From: Nemertoderma westbladi
Taxonomy: Eukaryota > Animalia > Xenacoelomorpha
Direction of reading: 5' to 3'
Length of the DNA: 64,000 nt
Assembly: GCA_032718475.1 (NCBI GenBank)
Contig: JAUCBJ010001864.1
Location: 77,427-141,426, forward strand
Within the stretch, counting starts at the first letter, position 1; every line of letters starts with the position of its first letter. The position numbers were made by a program, and so were the translations under genes. The notes beneath the pieces are model-generated. The model was not told the DNA's origin. It saw only the letters and a program-made list of their open reading frames with translations, and searched no databases. Of this stretch, positions 58,189-64,000 are shown one piece after another.

Positions 58189-61100
58189 TTAATCTATTTG
58201 TGGTGTATTTGTAGTAGATACCTCTAATGGATATAATTGTAGTATGGATTTAACGAGTGATCTCGCTTCCTTATTTCTGGGCGCTATTGAAATTCTCGCA
58301 GACCGCACACGGCCGTCCCTTGAAACAATTAATTCATCTATCCTACACAACTTCCACATGCAACGGGGAATAGACTCGTTATGTAATAGACACATAGCGC
58401 CTACCTTCGGGATGATGTCTGATTTGGGGGCTACGTTGTTACTAATGTGAGAAGAACGTAACTCTCTCAAATAATCTGTACGCCACAACTTCCACACTGA
58501 ATTTTTCGCTGCCTCTTGATATTTAACCCTATCAAGTATCATTCTTCTTGCCGATTTAGATTTAGATTCAGGGTTTGGTAGAATCCCTTTATCTGATAAA
58601 TCTGGTATTGCACAGAGCCGTTTTCCTACAAGAAAGTGACTCGGGGTGAGAGGCTGTACATCGTCATCTAACTTACTGTAAACATATGTGATTGGTCTGC
58701 TATTTACTGATGCTTCTACCGAAAGCGCAACAGTATGTAACTCGTCAAGTGATAAGACAGCTCGTCCTATTAACTTACGAATTCCGGATTTGCAAGTGCC
58801 AATTAAACGTTCTATGAATCCATACGCTGCTGGATTGTTTGCAATATTGTTTTCCCAGGTAATATTATGATCTCCAAAAATCCTGACTACCTCAGGATCT
58901 GTCAAGAATATTCGGTACGCTCTTAGCTCCTTGGCACTGCGCTTAAAGTTTGTAGCATTATCGCTAAACATAATACTCGGTATTCCTCTTCTGGCTATGA
59001 ATCTGAGAAATGCGTTAATGAAAGCGACCGCTGATAAAGACGTTACTACTTCCAAATGAACGGCTCTTATTACAGCACACGTAAACATAACAATCCACGC
59101 CTTTTCTGTTGGTTGTATTGTCTCAGTCTCGGTCTCGGTTGGTTTGGCAACTGTATGAAGTGGTCCACAAAGATCGACTCCGCAATGATCAAAGGGGCCG
59201 CGCGTTTCAATCGTTCTAGAAACTGGCAAGGGGCTGATTGCTGGCATTGTATAGGGTTTTCCTTGAAACCTTTTACAAATGACACACGAAGACAATATTT
59301 GTTGAATTTTCCGTCTAGCCGATGGTATCCAGAATCTCTCACGAACCTCTACTAGTGTGTCTCTCACTCGGGAATGTGAAACGCGCTCGTGTGAGTTTAA
59401 TATGACGAGTTTTGTAAAATGGTCACCTGGTGCAAGAAGAATAGGATTTCTGGTATGGAATGGGATAGTATCATTGATTATTCTACCCTGACATCTGATA
59501 ATACCTAATTCATCTAACACAAGATTTAATTGTTTAACAACGTTAGGACACTGAGTTGATTTATCACGAAGATAAGACAATTCCCGAGAATAGTTTACAC
59601 GTTGTGAATCTAGAATTATTTTAATTTCGGCTAAATGTAGTTCCTTGGCTGTTAAGTATGGTAATAACACGGGGTCTTTGTGTAAACGTTTTGCTTTAAT
59701 ATTTTCTACAAACCGTAGAATCCAAGCTATTCTGTGTTGTACGTCCCTTTTTGTACTGAAATTATTTACATTAATTATCTGAGATAATCCTGTATCGTCT
59801 GTATTGATTGTCTTAATTGTCGTTGTCATTATGAGGGTGGAGTTTATATCTAACAGAGCACACTTGGATACTTGAGCCTCAGTAATCACTGGTGACTCTG
59901 GCCAACCAGATTCCTCCCCCGATATAAAGTCTGGACCCTCATACCATAGTTTGTTATTTAATAATTTGTCTGGTGCCATTGTCCTTGTTGGAATGTCCGC
60001 TGGATTACACGGCCCTGGACACCACCTCCATTCTGCTCCTAATTTCTGTGTTACGTCACGGATTTCCTGTACTCTATTGTGTACAAATTGTTTGTGAGTA
60101 TTATTTGTTGGTCGTATCCAATACAGTACGTCTAATGCATCGGTCCAAAATACTGAACGTGTTATTTGTAGTACCAAACCTTGATACACTAACAGTACTA
60201 GTCTTACCAGTATTAGTGCGCCAAGTAATTCTAACCGTGGTACTGATTGTTTTTGTTTAGGTGCCAGTTTAACTTTACTACATAGTAAGTTTGTAGTGTA
60301 AGTTCCGTCAGAGTGTTCTACTCTAGTGTAAATGGCACATGCGTATAATTGTTTGCTTGCGTCTGCGTCTGAATTTGTCTGCTTTGCTTGCGTATTTCTA
60401 CAGTGTTATCATCTGTATTACCTAGAATACATCGAGGTACTGTAATGCTATTTAAAATTTCTAAACTGTTTAACCATGATTCCCATTTGTTCAATAAATG
60501 AGTAGGTAGTGGTTCGTCCCAGTCTACCTTACTGTTAGCTAATTCCCTAAATACGATTCTTAAGGGCGTTAAAAAGCGAGATATAAGCCCTAATGGATCG
60601 TAGATCCGAGCCGTTAGTTGCAATATAGCCCTTTTCGTTGGTTTTAGATTCTTAACAAAGGATATGACGTGGTCAAGGTTATACCCAAAGTAATCCTTAC
60701 TTATATCCCACACTTGTCCCAAAATCCTTGTTTCACCGCTAGGTGGTGTTGATAAACACAATGACTCCTTTGCGTACGTCTGGTCTCCTCTGATAATATT
60801 GGTACAGAATTTGTTTTTAAACTTACGATTTTGGGTTTTTCAAATTGATCTATAATTTGTTGTAGCTCGACAGAATTTGTAAGCCATTTTCTTAAATTAA
60901 ATCCACCCTCTAACATCAATTGCTTTGCATTCTCATACAAGAGAAGACCAGACGACACAGTGTCTGCACCAGACGCAAAGTCATCTACATACATATCCCG
61001 CAATAGTTTTTCAATTACAATACGTTTGTTTTCGTTGGCAGTATCTAATTTACTTTGTAAATGTTTCCTGACAATAGAAAATAAAATATCTGGTGATGGT

Positions 61101-63905
61101 GAGAGTCCAAACATCGCCCGCGTATAGCGATATGCTTGCAATTTTGGGTTATTTACATCGATGTCATTTATGTCTTTAACCCAAAGAAAACGTAGCATAT
61201 CTCTATCGTCAGGATGTATTACGCATTGCATAAATGCTGCTTCAATGTCAGCGACTATTGCAATGCGGTTGGTTCTAAGACGTACTAATACTTGAAACAA
61301 TAATGGTAAGAAATTAGGACCGTAATTTAAACATGAATTTAAACTAATGCCGTACTTTGTGTCTATAGCTGACGCGTTGAATACCACTCTGAGTTTTGTT
61401 GTCTGGCGTGTTTCTTTTATTACCCCATGATGAGGTACATAGTGAATTGGATTGGTAGTCGGCTGCGTAATATCGACTAGCTCAACATACCCTTTACTGA
61501 AGTGGTCCTCAATGACGTCATTGTAGCTAATCAACAACCCAGTTTTTGACAATTTCGTTATGAGTGATTTCAGTTGAGTAGCGCATCTATGGTAGTGTTC
61601 TGGTAATTGGAATGGATCCAACTTCCATGGTAAACGAACTACGTACTTTCCGTCTTTGAATTTAATGTCAGTTATTATGGGTTTGAGTTCTTCGCCAAGT
61701 GTTGTAATTCCGATTGACTCTAGGGACCAGAATAGTTTTAACATAGTTAGAATTTGTGACTCAGGATCTTTAACTGAGTCACCGATGTCAACACATTGGT
61801 TTGCAATCAACCGCGATTCAAGCGTTAAGGTGGTTGATGGGGAAAGGTGTTGGTTCGATTTGATTACAAGAGTTTCCTCGTAGTCAGGGATATATGCGGG
61901 GCCGGATAATAACCAGCCCACGGCGCTGTCTATGGCCACCGGCTCGTTTTTGGCGCTCCGAATTATGGAACCTGAAACTATGTTCCAATACTCGTCAACA
62001 CCTATTAAAAGCTCGATTTTAAACAATGCAGCATTGGTTACAGTTGCGTCTGCTAATTGCAGAGAGCTTAGCGTTTTACTTTGTTTTATAACGTTATGTG
62101 GAACCATGTTGTAGATTGGATCACAAATCTTTTCTATAACTAATGCTTTAATTGTTCCAAATTCCAAATTCCTTAACTGTAATTTTATTTCAACAATTGT
62201 GAAACATTCCGAAGCTTTTGCACCAAAACCTTGCGGTGCCAATACTTCACTTCCTATCACTGTTAATGAATGTCGCTCGAGCACTTCCCGTAAAATAAAA
62301 GTGCGTTGAGCGCCGGGATCGAACAAAGAATTGATAGTAAAAACGTTATTTTGGTCATCGTATGCATTGATTGTCGCCGTTTGTAAGGTTGTGTTAGAAT
62401 TTGTTGTGGATGACAACGTAATATTTGTAGGTTTTGGTACTTCCAGTTGTGTATTGGTTGTTTCTGTTGAAGTAACAAGTACTGTAGATTGACGTTGTGG
62501 GCCTACACCTCGTTTCAGGCAGATTGCAGGATGGTGAAAACGATTGTTGCAAAATTTGCATTGTTTTATCGATTGGCATTTATTTGCCATATGCTCTTTG
62601 CTTAAACATATATAGCAACGGCCTTTTTCTTTTAGTATTTCCTTTCTTTCCAAAGGGTCAGTTACTGTCGAACAATCAGCTGAGTAATGAATTTGTCTAC
62701 AGAACAAACAATGTGGTACAATTGTTTGTTTTGATCCCAATTTTGCTGTACCTGAGCTCGACTGGGCATTTAAATGAGCCTTTCCATCATTTGTTACACT
62801 AGCCATAAAATTAGCAGCTGTTGCGCCGTATGTGTGTCTGTTGACGTGTTTTTCCTTAAGTTTATCACGAAAGGGTGCATTGGGGGTTTCTACCGATTGT
62901 TGATAGCTGTTTTGGCCATCACTGCTCAACGAAGTGTCTATTGAATGGGGTGGGTTTATTGTATTGGATAGCATTTCCTGAGCTTCCAACTCCCCCTTGA
63001 TTTGTTCCATTATCCATTCAAGGTTTTCAACTTTCTCTTTATTTTTTACGACAAAATCTTAGTGCAATTCTCTCTGGAAGTGCAGCTAACACATCTGGAA
63101 CTACTGTCAGCTCATATTTGTCAGTTGAAACACCTAGTGCTTCTAAAGCCCTTGCATGCGATTGGCAATGATCATAAATTTCTCGTAACGTTGTTTTGGT
63201 TTTTCTAATGGCTCTTATTTGCTCTATGTGTGCCCTGATAATTTGTCTTTCATTGCCAAATCTTTCAGTTAATAATTTCATGGCTATTGAATAATTAGTT
63301 CCGTTTACTGCTAGCCCTCCAACAGTCTTAAGGGCTTCGCCCTTGAGACTCTGACGTAGGTACTGAAATTTTATAACATCAGGCACCTGTGCTTCATCAA
63401 TAGCTGTGAGAAATGCTTCATGCCAGCCTTTGAAATCCAACAAATTACCACCAAATGTAGGGGGTTTTAGTTTGGACAGCATTGAACGTGCTAAAACTCT
63501 CCCTTCTGTTTGATTTTGAATTATAGATAAGTGGGACATGTATTCTGTTGAATTATGTACACCTTGAAAACTGGGTTCATTGAGTGTGGTATTTGAGTGA
63601 TAACCAGCATGATGCTGATTGGTGGGTAGTGACTTGCGTAAGAAAGCAATTGCATTGTTTATTATTGTTTGATACTCATCTGAATAGTCCAGATCGCTTT
63701 CCATTTCGTCATCTTCGAGCTGTATACCGATTTGCATATCGGCCTCTAAGAGTCGTTGATTCAAATCTTTAAACGTCTCCATCAATGTTGTCCTCTCAGC
63801 TTCGTCAAGTTGCGTATTCAGTCTCTTCTGCGCTCTAGTGACTTTTCCCCGTAGTATTCCACGAGAACGTTTGAGTTGTGTTAATTCCCCGTCCATTTCT
63901 GACAT
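58189..63905 (-). pseudogene. BEL/Pao gag-pol with about 3 frameshifts (Gag, protease, RT, RNase H, integrase)
   Basis: 63039-63905 Gag (PPTFGG); 60701-63010 knuckles, LFDPGA protease, YVPHH, YVDD; 60318-60761 ILG/YDPLG; 58189-60189 FWTD, NPAD, HHCC zinc region and DDE integrase (VDLCGP, SDNATNF, IERL). Confidence 0.92.
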
Positions 63906-64000
63906 GTTTGCTGATGTTGGGAAATCCTGTGTTGAACCTGTGAATTAATATGTAAGCGACAGAAGCAATCCTGTTTTGCGTCGTACTGGTGCTTACTGTA

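Larger units (their letters stand above)
57498..64000 (-). mobile_element. BEL/Pao LTR retrotransposon (5' LTR outside window) nested in the RTE fragment
   Basis: Gag-PR-RT-RH-INT domain order, polypurine tract, putative 3' LTR. Confidence 0.92.

Noticed and set aside
63980-64000. Minus-strand TACA|GTAAGCACC at the window end as a third GTA-type PBS
   Set aside because: The putative LTR should end GACA, not TACA, and no complement was found in 57498-57989. The true 5' LTR lies outside the window.

Overview
This is eukaryotic (probably invertebrate animal) genomic DNA, AT-rich and dominated by repeats. It contains two host genes: the last two coding exons of an ENOX1/2-like gene (4314-5162) and a complete two-exon PP6 catalytic subunit gene (22432-23760). 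There are four tandem arrays (46, 52, 53 and 10 bp units) and three non-LTR RT fragments, each abutting one of the arrays. There are also several MITE-like elements, a solo LTR and three BEL/Pao LTR retrotransposons. Main discovery candidates: (1) Both BEL/Pao elements whose 5' LTR junction is visible lack a tRNA-type (TGG) primer-binding site. Each instead has a different 11-nt sequence perfectly complementary to an 11-mer inside its own LTR, suggesting Tf1-like self-priming in BEL/Pao. (2) The young 16-kb element has lost RNase H and integrase but keeps a large extra ORF with a WRN/RNase D-like 3'-5' exonuclease signature and CCHC knuckles. (3) That element carries ten copies of a 20-nt hairpin read in all three frames and also present in its 3' non-coding region. 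(4) A tRNA-derived Pol III cassette is fused directly to a minimal type I hammerhead ribozyme (18904-19002). All calls were made by eye; no database searches were run.
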